Notes under the pieces: model-generated
What the model was told of the DNA's origin: nothing
Seen by the model: the letters and a program-made list of their open reading frames with translations, nothing else
Database searches by the model: none
Position numbers and translations under genes: made by a program
Shown: positions 1 through 10,387 of the stretch, one piece after another
How the letters are laid out: each line of letters opens with the position of its first letter
Position numbering within the stretch: the stretch's first letter is position 1
Source of the DNA: a virus
Reading direction: 5' to 3' (one strand)
Length of the DNA: 64,000 nucleotides
Virus record (IMG/VR): IMGVR_UViG_3300033146_001635
Span: 30,584 to 94,583 of that record

Positions 1-2287
1 TTTGCATATCAATTGTATAATTTTCTTTCATTCTAACATCTAAATCAATTTTTAATGGTATTTCATAAATTGGTTCAATCCAATCACATGATGTATATAA
101 ATATTTTTTATTTGTATTTCTTGCATATATAAAATCATCCATTTCTGGTTTAACATATGTCCAATCAATTTCACCTGAAGTTGTATCAATACTAATACAA
201 GTAGCAATATAACCAATTTTATCTTGCCATTCAGGAAATTCTGTTCCATTTATAATATATCTTTCATTAATTTGTGGAACCCAATTAACATATTCTAAAT
301 CAATATAATCCACGGGCAACCGTGTTTCTTTATTTAATAACATATTTCTTAATTCTTTTGATGTATTTGCAAATTTTAAATTTACAAAATCTGTCATCAT
401 TCTTATATCTTCAAAATTAATATTATCAATAATTCGTTGAATGACATAATATTCAAAATCAGCTTTATTAGCAATCAAATCATAATAATCTTTTCTAATA
501 ACAGGAATATCATATATAGAAATACTACCATCTTTATTTATTACCGTATTAGATAACATTGTGTGATTTAAATTTTTTCTAAAAATAAATGATATCGAAT
601 ATTGATTTAATCTTCCTTTTGTTGGATGATAAAATGTAAAATAATATGTTTCTTTGTTTTCAGGTAATAATTCATATGGTGTAAAAGATATTTCAAAAAA
701 TCGACCAACAGTATTAATTGTCATATTCTGATGAACAAGAGTGTTTGTAACTTCTAATAAACATTCAACTTCATCAAAATCAGTTTCAGTTGTTTGAAAA
801 TATACTTTTAAATATACAGTAGTATAATCTGTTTCAACCAACAAACTTGTTGCAAAAAAATTATATTCTTCTAAACTTAATCCAACTGAAATTAAATTTA
901 AATCATATATAACTTCTTTAGAAGTATATTTGTATCTTGTTATTTCTAAATCTTTATCTATTTCAATATTAAATGGTAAAATATATATATCCCCCAAATA
1001 TGAAATTTCTTGATATTTAGGTATTTTTATAATTCCATCATTAAAATCACATTGTATATTTTCACATGCAGTTGAATCAAGTGTTATATGAACATTTTCT
1101 GTTGGAACAATTTCATTTTTATACATTAAGATAGAATAAATTTGCATTTCATTGGTACGAATATCTGATCGTTTTAATACAGGATATGTATTTTTAGCAA
1201 GTGGGGTATCTTCAGCTAATGATCCAACTACCTTATAATCATTTTCAGAAACAAGTCTGTGTAATGCGGTTAAGTTATTAATTGCGTTAGCTTTGATAAC
1301 TTCTAAACTTGGTTCATCTTCTCCACCTTGTGCGGGTGAAGGGTTAGATACAGAATAATTGATTTCAACTCTTTCACCTGTGCCAGTTACACCATAAATA
1401 TTATCTGTTATAATATTCTGACCAGATATAATATTACCTCTTTCACCTAATGTAGTAAAAGCTGTTACATATATAATACTATTAACAGGAGGTTGATAAC
1501 CTATTAATCCATTACCAAAATATATTTTTTGTCCTATATCACTTTTTCTAATTACAAAACCCCTATCATTTGGAGACATGAGATATATTGATGAAAACTG
1601 GTCATAAATATATTCTATATCATTACCAGGTTCCACAACTTTTACTTCTATAGCAGATAATTGACCATCTAATCTTATTTCATATTCTGTAAATTGATAT
1701 TCTAAATGATTTTTATTAACAGAAAATTCAAATTTTTCTACATTATATTGTTTCGCATAAATCATTATATTGAATGTTGTCATTACTTCATTATCATAAT
1801 CAATATAAACTGATAAATTTTCTGAAACATCTTTATCATATTTATAAGCCGTTACTATATTATTACGTTCAACTACAACCTTGACATTATAATCAATAAT
1901 AAAATTTATATTATCTATTTTAAAATTTGAATATTTTGGAATAACAAAAGTAACTAAACCATCTGTGAATCTAAAAGGAAATGACAATATTAAATTAATA
2001 GTTGAATGTTTAGCATTATAAGGAGTGTAGCCAATACTAGCTGCTAAATCCATTACACTATTATTTAATTGAGCTTTTGTTAAGAAAAATTCTTTATAAA
2101 CAGAAATTTGATAAAATAAAATATTAGATGTTAATGTTGATAATATATTTATAATATAAGATAAAAAAGAAGATTTGGTTAAATCAACATCAACAAGATC
2201 TAAATATTGTTTAATCTCTTCTATTAACTGTGTACGGATTGCTTCACGAGATAAAAATATTTCATTTGATAGAGGTGATATTGCCAT
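1..2287 (-). CDS. Baseplate wedge protein, T4 gp6-like (partial, runs off window start)
   Basis: Not in ORF track because truncated. ATG at 2287 (MAISPLSNEIFLSREAIRTQL...EFFLTKAQLNNSVMDLAASIGYTP) and the same frame is open at the window edge. N-terminus resembles gp6/baseplate J; next to a gp25-like gene. Confidence 0.8.
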   Translation of the reverse strand, partial: MAISPLSNEIFLSREAIRTQLIEEIKQYLDLVDVDLTKSSFLSYIINILSTLTSNILFYQISVYKEFFLTKAQLNNSVMDLAASIGYTPYNAKHSTINLILSFPFRFTDGLVTFVIPKYSNFKIDNINFIIDYNVKVVVERNNIVTAYKYDKDVSENLSVYIDYDNEVMTTFNIMIYAKQYNVEKFEFSVNKNHLEYQFTEYEIRLDGQLSAIEVKVVEPGNDIEYIYDQFSSIYLMSPNDRGFVIRKSDIGQKIYFGNGLIGYQPPVNSIIYVTAFTTLGERGNIISGQNIITDNIYGVTGTGERVEINYSVSNPSPAQGGEDEPSLEVIKANAINNLTALHRLVSENDYKVVGSLAEDTPLAKNTYPVLKRSDIRTNEMQIYSILMYKNEIVPTENVHITLDSTACENIQCDFNDGIIKIPKYQEISYLGDIYILPFNIEIDKDLEITRYKYTSKEVIYDLNLISVGLSLEEYNFFATSLLVETDYTTVYLKVYFQTTETDFDEVECLLEVTNTLVHQNMTINTVGRFFEISFTPYELLPENKETYYFTFYHPTKGRLNQYSISFIFRKNLNHTMLSNTVINKDGSISIYDIPVIRKDYYDLIANKADFEYYVIQRIIDNINFEDIRMMTDFVNLKFANTSKELRNMLLNKETRLPVDYIDLEYVNWVPQINERYIINGTEFPEWQDKIGYIATCISIDTTSGEIDWTYVKPEMDDFIYARNTNKKYLYTSCDWIEPIYEIPLKIDLDVRMKENYTIDMQ

Positions 2288-2298
2288 TTTATAAAACC

Positions 2299-2955
2299 TT
2301 ATAATAAATAAAAACCAGAATTAGAATCAAATCTGTTTTTAACACTAGCTTTTAATTTTGAATTCATATCCATTAAATTTAATAATAATGTAGCATTTTC
2401 AATGGTATGAAGTTGTTTGTCATATTCAAAAAACATATATGTGTCATTAGTTTGATTTTCAACTTCTTGTATAGTTCGTGATTGGTCAACTTCTATTTTC
2501 AGTTTCCAAAAACGTCTATCGGTATTGGGCGCAATTTCAACACCTGATACATGATATAGCGGATGTTGATTAGGCTGCATTTGTAAATAATCTTGTTCAA
2601 ATTGAATTATATCATGTGGATATGGTATAAATTTATATTCAGATGGAATAACAAAAAATGATTCAGTTAATTTATTTTGACCAATTTCACTTGCATCAAA
2701 TGAAACTATTGAAACATCTTCAATGAAAAAAATAGGAAGTAATAAAAATTTATCCCATCTAATTCCTGTTAAATCACCAATTTCTTCATATGCACCACCC
2801 ATTACATATTCATTATCCCAAATAGTTTCTTCTTTATTTAGATGATAATATGTAACAAGAAAAGCGACAGCGTCTTTAGCATAATACTCATATACCAAAT
2901 ATTGATATTCATGAATATAATGATAAAGACGCTGCCATAATTGTGGAGAACTCAT
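2299..2955 (-). CDS. Hypothetical protein, probable virion structural protein
   Basis: 218-aa ORF coupled (ATGA overlap) to the gp25-like gene in the baseplate operon. Confidence 0.6.
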   Translation of the reverse strand: MSSPQLWQRLYHYIHEYQYLVYEYYAKDAVAFLVTYYHLNKEETIWDNEYVMGGAYEEIGDLTGIRWDKFLLLPIFFIEDVSIVSFDASEIGQNKLTESFFVIPSEYKFIPYPHDIIQFEQDYLQMQPNQHPLYHVSGVEIAPNTDRRFWKLKIEVDQSRTIQEVENQTNDTYMFFEYDKQLHTIENATLLLNLMDMNSKLKASVKNRFDSNSGFYLL

Positions 2956-3374
2956 TGAGCAGTATCCTTAATTTTTACCGTTAATGTAGATTTTTCACCG
3001 TGATAATTAACTATTATATCAACAATAAATCCTTTTCCCGGTGGTTTAGCAAATTTTACTTTAACATCTTCAATGGAAGCTCTATTATCATAATAATAAA
3101 TGCTATTATAAATTTCTTCCCTGATTTGTGACATTGTTTCAACATCAGCAGGTTGGTATAATAAATCATATAAACCACTTCCATAAGGAGGATCATGGTC
3201 ATATGTTCCTCTTGGAGTTAATAAAATATTATTCCAAGAATTCATAATAACATTTAAATTTTCAATTCTTTTAAAATCACCAATAGGTGATATTGCAGAA
3301 ACATAATCAATGTATTTAACTGACTCAGTTCTGGTTCGTGGAGTTAAATTAAACCGTGATAATGGATTAGCCAT
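2952..3374 (-). CDS. Baseplate wedge / sheath initiator, gp25-like
   Basis: LLTPRGTYDHDPPYGSGLYDLLYQP...YDNRASI matches the GPW/gp25 signature; GGAG RBS. Confidence 0.85.
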   Translation of the reverse strand: MANPLSRFNLTPRTRTESVKYIDYVSAISPIGDFKRIENLNVIMNSWNNILLTPRGTYDHDPPYGSGLYDLLYQPADVETMSQIREEIYNSIYYYDNRASIEDVKVKFAKPPGKGFIVDIIVNYHGEKSTLTVKIKDTAQ

Positions 3375-3388
3375 TTAATATATCTCCT

Positions 3389-3598
3389 TTAAATTGTTAC
3401 CTTATCCTGAGCATCATTCATTAATTTTTCTTTTTCTTTTTCTAAATTAGACTTCCATTTTAAATATTCTGTTAATTTAGATACGGGCATTTTAACAATA
3501 CTTTCATATTGTTGATGCCCCGCTTCCATAGCGGCAAAAATCAATTCATTTTGAGCTTCTATAAACGATTGTCTATATTCACTACTGGTACATTGCAC
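3389..3598 (-). CDS. gp51-like hub/tail assembly chaperone C-terminal segment (possibly made by frameshift)
   Basis: 69-aa frame (YESIVKMPVSKLTEYLKW) overlapping the end of the gp26-like gene; GTG start without RBS. Confidence 0.55.
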   Translation of the reverse strand: MQCTSSEYRQSFIEAQNELIFAAMEAGHQQYESIVKMPVSKLTEYLKWKSNLEKEKEKLMNDAQDKVTI

Positions 3599-4370
3599 GA
3601 AAGAAATTATCGACTAAGTCGATATCTATCACCTCCGTATGCCCACATTTTGTACAAGTGTTTTTCATTTTAAGTGAAATTTGATATTTGCCAAAATTGT
3701 CAATATACGATTTGTTAATAATTTTTTTGTCTTTAGCAGGTAATGACAAATAAGCTCTGATAACTTCATCCCTATCTTCAATTATCATAGGTTCTTTAGC
3801 TTCTTCTGCATGATCCCATATAAATTTATCAATAATAAGTGTTTCAGCAATTAATTCATTTGAATAATTTTGAAAGGTGAATCGTTTCATAGCTTCATTT
3901 TCATCTTTCAAAGTCGGTTGTTTAATAACAACTTTAACTGTTTTAAGAATTTTTAAATCTTCTGTAACTCTTTTTTTAAGAATTTCATTTTCTTTACCAT
4001 CATATAATTCCATTGAAAAGGTATCGGAAGCATTAACAGTGACATCTTGGTTTGCACCACAATTACCACATGTAATAGTGTAATTACGGATTTCTTCATA
4101 TGTTATATGATAAAGACCATATAACAATGCTTCTCTATCTTTAAGGGTAACAGTTGATAAAAATTCATCTAAGGTATATTTTTTATTTTTTTCGGCAATA
4201 GCATCATATATACATTTATTTAAATGATTAAGAATTTTCTTTTCATTTACTAATGATGCTTTCATCTTTTCTTCATCAGCAATTGTTAAACTTTTTAAAA
4301 GAAAAGATTGTTTTGTTTGAGGTGTGATTACTTCATAAGTTGGTAATGCGACGTTAAACGATGTAAACAT
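3582..4370 (-). CDS. Baseplate hub assembly protein, T4 gp26-like
   Basis: LPTYEVITPQTKQSFLLKSLTIADEEKM, two CxxC pairs, C-terminal NFF; AGGAG RBS. Confidence 0.75.
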   Translation of the reverse strand: MFTSFNVALPTYEVITPQTKQSFLLKSLTIADEEKMKASLVNEKKILNHLNKCIYDAIAEKNKKYTLDEFLSTVTLKDREALLYGLYHITYEEIRNYTITCGNCGANQDVTVNASDTFSMELYDGKENEILKKRVTEDLKILKTVKVVIKQPTLKDENEAMKRFTFQNYSNELIAETLIIDKFIWDHAEEAKEPMIIEDRDEVIRAYLSLPAKDKKIINKSYIDNFGKYQISLKMKNTCTKCGHTEVIDIDLVDNFFRAMYQ

Positions 4371-4475
4371 GTTTTTTCTCCTTATCTTTGAGTTTTACAC
4401 TACTATATCTTCTCGAAATATAAAGTGGTATCTATATCGATATTATGTTCCTATCTTAAAAGAAATTTTTATGAT

Positions 4476-4553
4476 TTATTTGTTACGTAATTTAGATATC
4501 TTATTTTGAATCTGTTGTCTACATTTTAATGGATCTGTAGATTTTTTACACAT
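4476..4553 (-). pseudogene. Orphan 25-codon C-terminal module of the Cys-motif family (MCKKSTDPLKCRQQIQNKISKLRNK)
   Basis: Manual translation; closely matches the C-terminus of 5254..6336 (MCKKSSNPIKCRHEIQQKIIKLRNRI). Confidence 0.55.
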
Positions 4554-4560
4554 AATAAAC

Positions 4561-5241
4561 CTATTTTTTGATTTTCTTTTGAATCTTTTTTATTTCACTC
4601 TGTATTTTTTCTCTATATTTAGAAGGATTTTTTGTTTTATTAGATAAATCAAGAGATTTTTTCAAAGTTTTAATTTTCATTTGATATGCTTTATTTTGAT
4701 AATTAGTTATACAAGCCTGTTTTTCATCACCAGTTTTACCTTTACAATATTGTGCAGCTTTTGAAAAATAATTTTTATATATTTTATAAGCACCCGCGAT
4801 AGCAATAGCAGCCAAAACAGTCCAACCTATTTCAGTAGAATGATCTTTAATAACATCTAAAATAGAATGAGGATGATTTACATCGGGTACTATTGAATGT
4901 GAATTAACTGTAGGATGTGGTTTATTTTCAACATAATCTTTATGCAAGTTAGTTGGAACAATTGATTTTGTTCCAGTATCAGTTTTATGGAATTTTTTAG
5001 GAATTATACTTTCTGATAATAAAATATCAAAATCATGTTTCAAATCTTCTATTAAATACGTAACTACAGATGGACCAAAAACATCTATACATTCAAATAA
5101 ATTATTTTGTAAAAATAAAGCAGCTTGCCCTAATTCTGCAATTTCTTCATGAATATTTAACCATTCTAAATCTGGATTAGTTTCAAATATATCTTTTTCA
5201 TTTCTATGAATATAATGCACTGATTCATATAAGATGCCCAT
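4561..5241 (-). CDS. TM + Cys-motif paralog (putative internal virion protein)
   Basis: LxE/IxE-rich leader, hydrophobic helix, YFSKAAQYCKGKTGDEKQAC, basic tail. Confidence 0.7.
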   Translation of the reverse strand: MGILYESVHYIHRNEKDIFETNPDLEWLNIHEEIAELGQAALFLQNNLFECIDVFGPSVVTYLIEDLKHDFDILLSESIIPKKFHKTDTGTKSIVPTNLHKDYVENKPHPTVNSHSIVPDVNHPHSILDVIKDHSTEIGWTVLAAIAIAGAYKIYKNYFSKAAQYCKGKTGDEKQACITNYQNKAYQMKIKTLKKSLDLSNKTKNPSKYREKIQSEIKKIQKKIKK

Positions 5242-5253
5242 CAGTAATCTCCT

Positions 5254-6336
5254 TTAAATCCTATTACGTAATTTAATAATTTTTTGTTGAATTTCATGTC
5301 TACATTTTATAGGATTGGATGATTTTTTACACATTCCTATTGATTTTTGTAATACTTTTATTCTTTCATTAATAGCTTTTCTTTTAAATTGTATTATACA
5401 ATCATTCTTTTCTGCACCACTTTTATTACTACAAGCTTGCCCAGCTTTTGAAAAATATCGTTGATATGCTTTATACGATAAATACCCGGCTACACCAACT
5501 AAAGCAGCTACCCCAATTGTTGTTCCGTGATTTTGAACAAATTGATATACTTTTGGAAAATTATCCTGTAATTTATGTGCTAAATTTGTAAAAAATCCAT
5601 CTGTTTCTTTTGGTTCAAGAACATGTGGGGAAGGTTTTGTTTCTATAATTTTAGGAGTATTTTTGATTTTTTTTGGTTCAGATGGTTTTTCTTTACTTGT
5701 ATCATTATTAGAGCCAGTAGCTAATTTATGTAAATTTTTTAAAAAAGTTTTTCTCGATTCGTCACTTGCCTTAACAGATTGTTCCATTGATGAAGATTCT
5801 TTTGGTTTAAAGCCAACTTTTTCAGGACCCTGACCTATATTAAAAGCCTTTTTAAAATTATCCACCATTTTTTTGTTAGATGGATTTTTCAAATCTTTGT
5901 TAACCAAATTTAAATTTTTTATTTTTTTAAACATTCGTTGATTTGATGGTTTTTTCAAATCAGATTTAATCATATTAGTTATATCAGTAGCTATATCTTC
6001 ATTAAGAATATTTTTACTTGTAATACTTTTTAATGATCCAATTTCATGAATAAAATTATATATAACATCATTATCAATAATTTCAGTTAAATTATAACTA
6101 TAATCAATAATATGATTTTTTAATTTGTTTAATAAAATATTCTCATATAATTCTATATTCACATTTTTAGGAGATTTTTTTCCAATTATAGCATAAGACA
6201 ATACATCTGTATCTGATAAATTATTTATAGATTCAGATATAGTAATATTATTTTTAAAATTTTCTTTTAATGCTAATCGAATAAATTCAATTAATAAAGA
6301 ACTTTCAAAAATATTTATATGTTTATTAATAAACAT
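5254..6336 (-). CDS. TM + Cys-motif paralog (putative internal virion protein)
   Basis: N- and C-terminal similarity to 6421..7539; Cx10C and Cx8C. Confidence 0.7.
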   Translation of the reverse strand: MFINKHINIFESSLLIEFIRLALKENFKNNITISESINNLSDTDVLSYAIIGKKSPKNVNIELYENILLNKLKNHIIDYSYNLTEIIDNDVIYNFIHEIGSLKSITSKNILNEDIATDITNMIKSDLKKPSNQRMFKKIKNLNLVNKDLKNPSNKKMVDNFKKAFNIGQGPEKVGFKPKESSSMEQSVKASDESRKTFLKNLHKLATGSNNDTSKEKPSEPKKIKNTPKIIETKPSPHVLEPKETDGFFTNLAHKLQDNFPKVYQFVQNHGTTIGVAALVGVAGYLSYKAYQRYFSKAGQACSNKSGAEKNDCIIQFKRKAINERIKVLQKSIGMCKKSSNPIKCRHEIQQKIIKLRNRI

Positions 6337-6358
6337 TTTTTAACAAACTCCTAAAATA

Positions 6359-6398
6359 ATATGTGACCCCATATTAAAAATAATATGGGGCCACATAT
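6359..6398. terminator. Intrinsic terminator hairpin
   Basis: ATATGTGACCCCATATTA / TAATATGGGGCCACATAT inverted repeat downstream of 6421..7539. Confidence 0.6.
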
Positions 6399-6420
6399 AA
6401 CCAAAATAATAAATTATAAA

Positions 6421-7539
6421 TTAAGCTAATTTAGCTTGTAATTTAGAAATTTTAGCAGTTAAATCGGTACGACATTTGGCGGGATTGGTTGCAGCTTTAC
6501 AACCAGATAATGATTTTTTCAGCATATTAATCTGTTGTTTAACAGCTTGCTTTTTAGCATTGGCAATACAAGCTGATCTTTCAGCCCCAGATTTACCTGC
6601 ACATGATTTAGCTGCCTGTGAAAAATATCGTTGATAAGCTTTATATCCAAGAAAAGCCGCCATAGCAACAAGAGCAGTAACACCAATGGCCTTAGCATGA
6701 CCACCACTATGTTGATTTACAAATTGTGTAAAACCTGACCATGCTTTGGAAATATTTTGACCCACATTACCAGCAGCAGCTCTTAAACGGTCTAACCATC
6801 CTGTTGCAGCCACTTCTTTAGGTGGATTTTTAGCAATCTCATCACCAACACCGCCCATATCTGAATGATTATTTTGTTTAGCAATATCATCACCAACACC
6901 ACCCATATCTGATTTATTTGCAGCGCCAGTTGTGCCTGCTGAATTGACCCCTTTAAATTCACCTTTATAAGAAGGGGTATAAACTTTGTGGGTTCCTGCT
7001 TGAGTTGGATTGTCAGCAGCCGCAGATGCATTAGACTGCCGCATAGCTGCATCAACTGCATTTTTTGAATATGTATGACTAGTGCCACCACTAGAATTAA
7101 CACCACTAAATTCACCAGCTCTAGAATTTGGATATCTATTACCAGAATCCGCACCAGCTAATTTACTATATTTTTCAGTTAAAATCCCTTCCTGAATTAA
7201 AGTCATGGAATCGGAATCAACCATTGATAATCCACCAATTTCATGAATAAAATTAGAAGGTGTATAGCCATCATCAAAAGGTAATTCACTAACATGCTCT
7301 AATACAAAATCTTTAAGATTTGACATTAAGTATGTTTCAGCCAGAGCAGGATTATCAGTAGGACAAGCCTTGCCATACATAGCAAGTGATAATACTTCAC
7401 AATCCTTAGCATCTTCTGTGATATACTTGATAGTTTCAGCTGGTGCATCTTTTTCCTTTAGATTTTCAACCAGAGCCTGACGCATGAAACCCATGAAAAT
7501 AGCACTATCTTTGACATTAATTGATTCATTTAAAAACAT
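6421..7539 (-). CDS. TM + Cys-motif paralog (putative internal virion protein)
   Basis: MFLNES leader, internal repeats, hydrophobic helix, CAGKSGAERSAC and CKAATNPAKC; AGGAG RBS. Confidence 0.7.
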   Translation of the reverse strand: MFLNESINVKDSAIFMGFMRQALVENLKEKDAPAETIKYITEDAKDCEVLSLAMYGKACPTDNPALAETYLMSNLKDFVLEHVSELPFDDGYTPSNFIHEIGGLSMVDSDSMTLIQEGILTEKYSKLAGADSGNRYPNSRAGEFSGVNSSGGTSHTYSKNAVDAAMRQSNASAAADNPTQAGTHKVYTPSYKGEFKGVNSAGTTGAANKSDMGGVGDDIAKQNNHSDMGGVGDEIAKNPPKEVAATGWLDRLRAAAGNVGQNISKAWSGFTQFVNQHSGGHAKAIGVTALVAMAAFLGYKAYQRYFSQAAKSCAGKSGAERSACIANAKKQAVKQQINMLKKSLSGCKAATNPAKCRTDLTAKISKLQAKLA

Positions 7540-7593
7540 TTTAATTTCTCCTTAATATTAATATTAAATAATATTACTTTTTTTTGTTAAAAG

Positions 7594-8313
7594 TTACTTA
7601 TTTATTTTTTTTTTCAAAGCTTTTTCAAGTTCATTTTTAATTCTATCACCACTATAACTACGGCATTTTTCTAAAACCCAATCTTCATGCCAAACATAAT
7701 CAACATTGAACTCAATTTCTGGTTCAATTTTACCAACATTTTCAACATCTGAAGATAATAAATCTTGTGGATCTTTAGTTGGAAAAACACCGGTATAACA
7801 AGCATAATATTCAACAGTTACTCCATCAGGCGCAGTAGTCCAATAATATAATCTAGCAGCATACTGTTTTTTAGAATAACCAGTTCTATCATTACCAGCA
7901 ATTAATTTAGATGATACACCAGTTCTATAATCACGAATACCTTTAACCCATTCATGAAAAATCTGACAAATAGGAAGACCTGAATATTCAACAAATTTTA
8001 TGGAAATAGAATCTCCATAATCAATGCTACCCGGCACTGCCCATTTTGTACCACCCAAACCTGTAAATGAAATTTTATTTAAAGTTCCACCGGGTGGTGT
8101 AACAGATAAACAACTACCAGCTAATAAAGCTTGAACTTCCTTATCTGTTAAATTACCTGGCACTGTATTGGCATCTACCTTAACAATTTCTGGAAGATAA
8201 TCAAACCATATATGATGATATCCTGTTACATATGGCTCTGCAATGCCAACTAACGTACCACCCATATTTCTGGTAGCAACTTGTTTTGTAACATTAGTAA
8301 ATGAATTTAACAT
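7594..8313 (-). CDS. Tail tube protein (gp19-like)
   Basis: Directly downstream of the sheath gene; SVTPPG...PGSIDYGDSISIKFVE...FHEW...YTGVFP...FNVD pattern. Confidence 0.8.
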   Translation of the reverse strand: MLNSFTNVTKQVATRNMGGTLVGIAEPYVTGYHHIWFDYLPEIVKVDANTVPGNLTDKEVQALLAGSCLSVTPPGGTLNKISFTGLGGTKWAVPGSIDYGDSISIKFVEYSGLPICQIFHEWVKGIRDYRTGVSSKLIAGNDRTGYSKKQYAARLYYWTTAPDGVTVEYYACYTGVFPTKDPQDLLSSDVENVGKIEPEIEFNVDYVWHEDWVLEKCRSYSGDRIKNELEKALKKKINK

Positions 8314-8335
8314 AATTTAAATCTCCTCTATATAG

Positions 8336-8365
8336 GAGTGGGTAGGGAATTACCCCTACCCACTC
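8336..8365. terminator. Strong hairpin between sheath and tube genes
   Basis: GAGTGGGTAGGG-6nt-CCCTACCCACTC perfect 12-bp stem. Confidence 0.6.
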
Positions 8366-8376
8366 TTATTTATAAT

Positions 8377-10332
8377 TTATTTGATATAGAAATTCAATTC
8401 AATCTTTTCAGTTACCCGAGTCGGGGTTAATGTAACATTGACATGAAAAGTTTTTGTTTTCTTTTCATAATCACTTGCACCAACTTCAATTGAATAACTA
8501 TATAATCCACGTCTAGATGAAACATCTTCCAGAAAACTGGTAATATCATTACCAACACTATCCCAAGTTGTATTATCATTTAATTCAAAAATATAAAAAC
8601 GACAATATCTTTCAAGAGCTTCCTTACAATATAATACAAGACGAACAATATTCAGATCTTGCATTGCACTTGGTTTAGCTTGGGTTGTTAGTTGCCCCCA
8701 AACAGCATAACCAATATTAAATTTAACAATTGGATTTAACTGTCTAAGATACATTTGATCTCTTTGTTCAAGACGAGGATTAAATCTCAATTCTTGAATA
8801 GAATCAATAACACCTCTTTGGAATCCAGCAATAGCATACCAGACTTCTGATACATTATCATTTCTCGGAGCTAAATATGACATATGATACAGAGGGGATA
8901 CCCAAATATCTGCGCCCGTAAATGCATCAAAAATCTTATTATATCCTTCATATAAAGCACATAAATAAGTATTGAAATTATGATCAGAATTTCTTTTGGC
9001 CATAGCTGTATTGAAATCAGTATTATCACCATTGTCTAATAAGGCAACACAATCACGACGAGTATTAACTAATTGAGAAATGGATTGTTTTACTGATGTT
9101 GGATAACCAGCATCAAAAACAATAGTATAATACATTTTTTCTCTATCAAGTATTTCCTCATCTAAAATACCAGCATATCCTTGTGCTAATAAAGTTTCGC
9201 ACATAGGCATATTAACATTATGGTTTATATCATATATAGAACCATCTGAACCTTTTCTAAGAGCGATTTCACCACCGATAAAAGGTTCTGTTAAATCTGA
9301 TAAATCTTTACGAATATAATATTCAACACTATAATCAGTATCGTCAAAAATAGCTGTATCACCAATCCATTCTTGACTAGCGGTTGATAAATCTCTATCA
9401 TTAAAAATATTTACAGTTTCATTGTCAACACCAGAAGAAGCACCTAACCACCCATATAATCTATTACCACGTTGGTCAATTGCAACAATAGCATATGTCG
9501 AAAGCCCAGTTTCAGCTTGATTAGCCCATTCACTAAAATCTTGTTTAAGATCTGTAATAGAAGCTAATCCTGGTGTTCTTTCTGTAGTGCTTGTACCAAT
9601 TCTATTATCATAATTTTTAACGCATAACTGATACCCCGGTGAATATTCACCATTTGGAAGCATACATTCCGCTCTTAATAAACTTGAATATTTTTCAAGA
9701 ATATCAGTAATAAAAATAGAATCACCAGATGAATCTCTGGCTTCTGGGTTAAATGAAACAGAAAATGATTCAACAATTACTTCATCCCCATCAGCTTGTT
9801 TTTCATATATATCTATAATATATACACCTTCAAACATTGGATTGGCATGTCTAGTTAATCGAACTGAAACTAGATTATAATAATCACCACGACCAATTGG
9901 GTGTAAAATACAAATTGGATATGTATCACCAACTTGTACTAAATTTGATTGAATTTCTGCTTGTGTTGAAATACCACTAATATAAGTAGTTAAAATATCA
10001 GCTGTAGAATCTGTACCATTCCAAACAGCATCAATCCTTAAATTAGAGAATGTTGCATCATCTGGCATAACACGCATAAACCATAATGAACCAGATTCAC
10101 CAAGATAGTTATAAGCATTATATAAACCTTGCCCATAATGTTTCCCAAAAGTGGTTATATTAGGTTCACCCCATTCACTAATTAATTCATTTCGTGACCC
10201 AACAAAAATAGCCTCGTTATCACGACCTTTTTTTGTTAGAGCACACATAAAACCTGTTGTAGCAGGAACTGCTGAAACGTATGTAGAAAGATCAATTATC
10301 TTCGTATATACGCCCGGTGAAATATGAGCCAT
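8377..10332 (-). CDS. Tail sheath protein (gp18-like)
   Basis: SPGVYTKIIDLS N-terminus; VWYAIAGFQRG, LNPIVKF, VWGQLT, LNIVRL, FIFELND motifs. Confidence 0.95.
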   Translation of the reverse strand: MAHISPGVYTKIIDLSTYVSAVPATTGFMCALTKKGRDNEAIFVGSRNELISEWGEPNITTFGKHYGQGLYNAYNYLGESGSLWFMRVMPDDATFSNLRIDAVWNGTDSTADILTTYISGISTQAEIQSNLVQVGDTYPICILHPIGRGDYYNLVSVRLTRHANPMFEGVYIIDIYEKQADGDEVIVESFSVSFNPEARDSSGDSIFITDILEKYSSLLRAECMLPNGEYSPGYQLCVKNYDNRIGTSTTERTPGLASITDLKQDFSEWANQAETGLSTYAIVAIDQRGNRLYGWLGASSGVDNETVNIFNDRDLSTASQEWIGDTAIFDDTDYSVEYYIRKDLSDLTEPFIGGEIALRKGSDGSIYDINHNVNMPMCETLLAQGYAGILDEEILDREKMYYTIVFDAGYPTSVKQSISQLVNTRRDCVALLDNGDNTDFNTAMAKRNSDHNFNTYLCALYEGYNKIFDAFTGADIWVSPLYHMSYLAPRNDNVSEVWYAIAGFQRGVIDSIQELRFNPRLEQRDQMYLRQLNPIVKFNIGYAVWGQLTTQAKPSAMQDLNIVRLVLYCKEALERYCRFYIFELNDNTTWDSVGNDITSFLEDVSSRRGLYSYSIEVGASDYEKKTKTFHVNVTLTPTRVTEKIELNFYIK

Positions 10333-10387
10333 TTCTGACCTCCATTAAATATAAAAACAAAAATTATCTTTTCTATGTATAAAAATT

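Noticed and set aside
250-2298. Apparent 2-kb non-coding gap in the ORF track
   Set aside because: It is the truncated gp6-like ORF starting at 2287; the 52..249 ORF is an off-frame artefact within it
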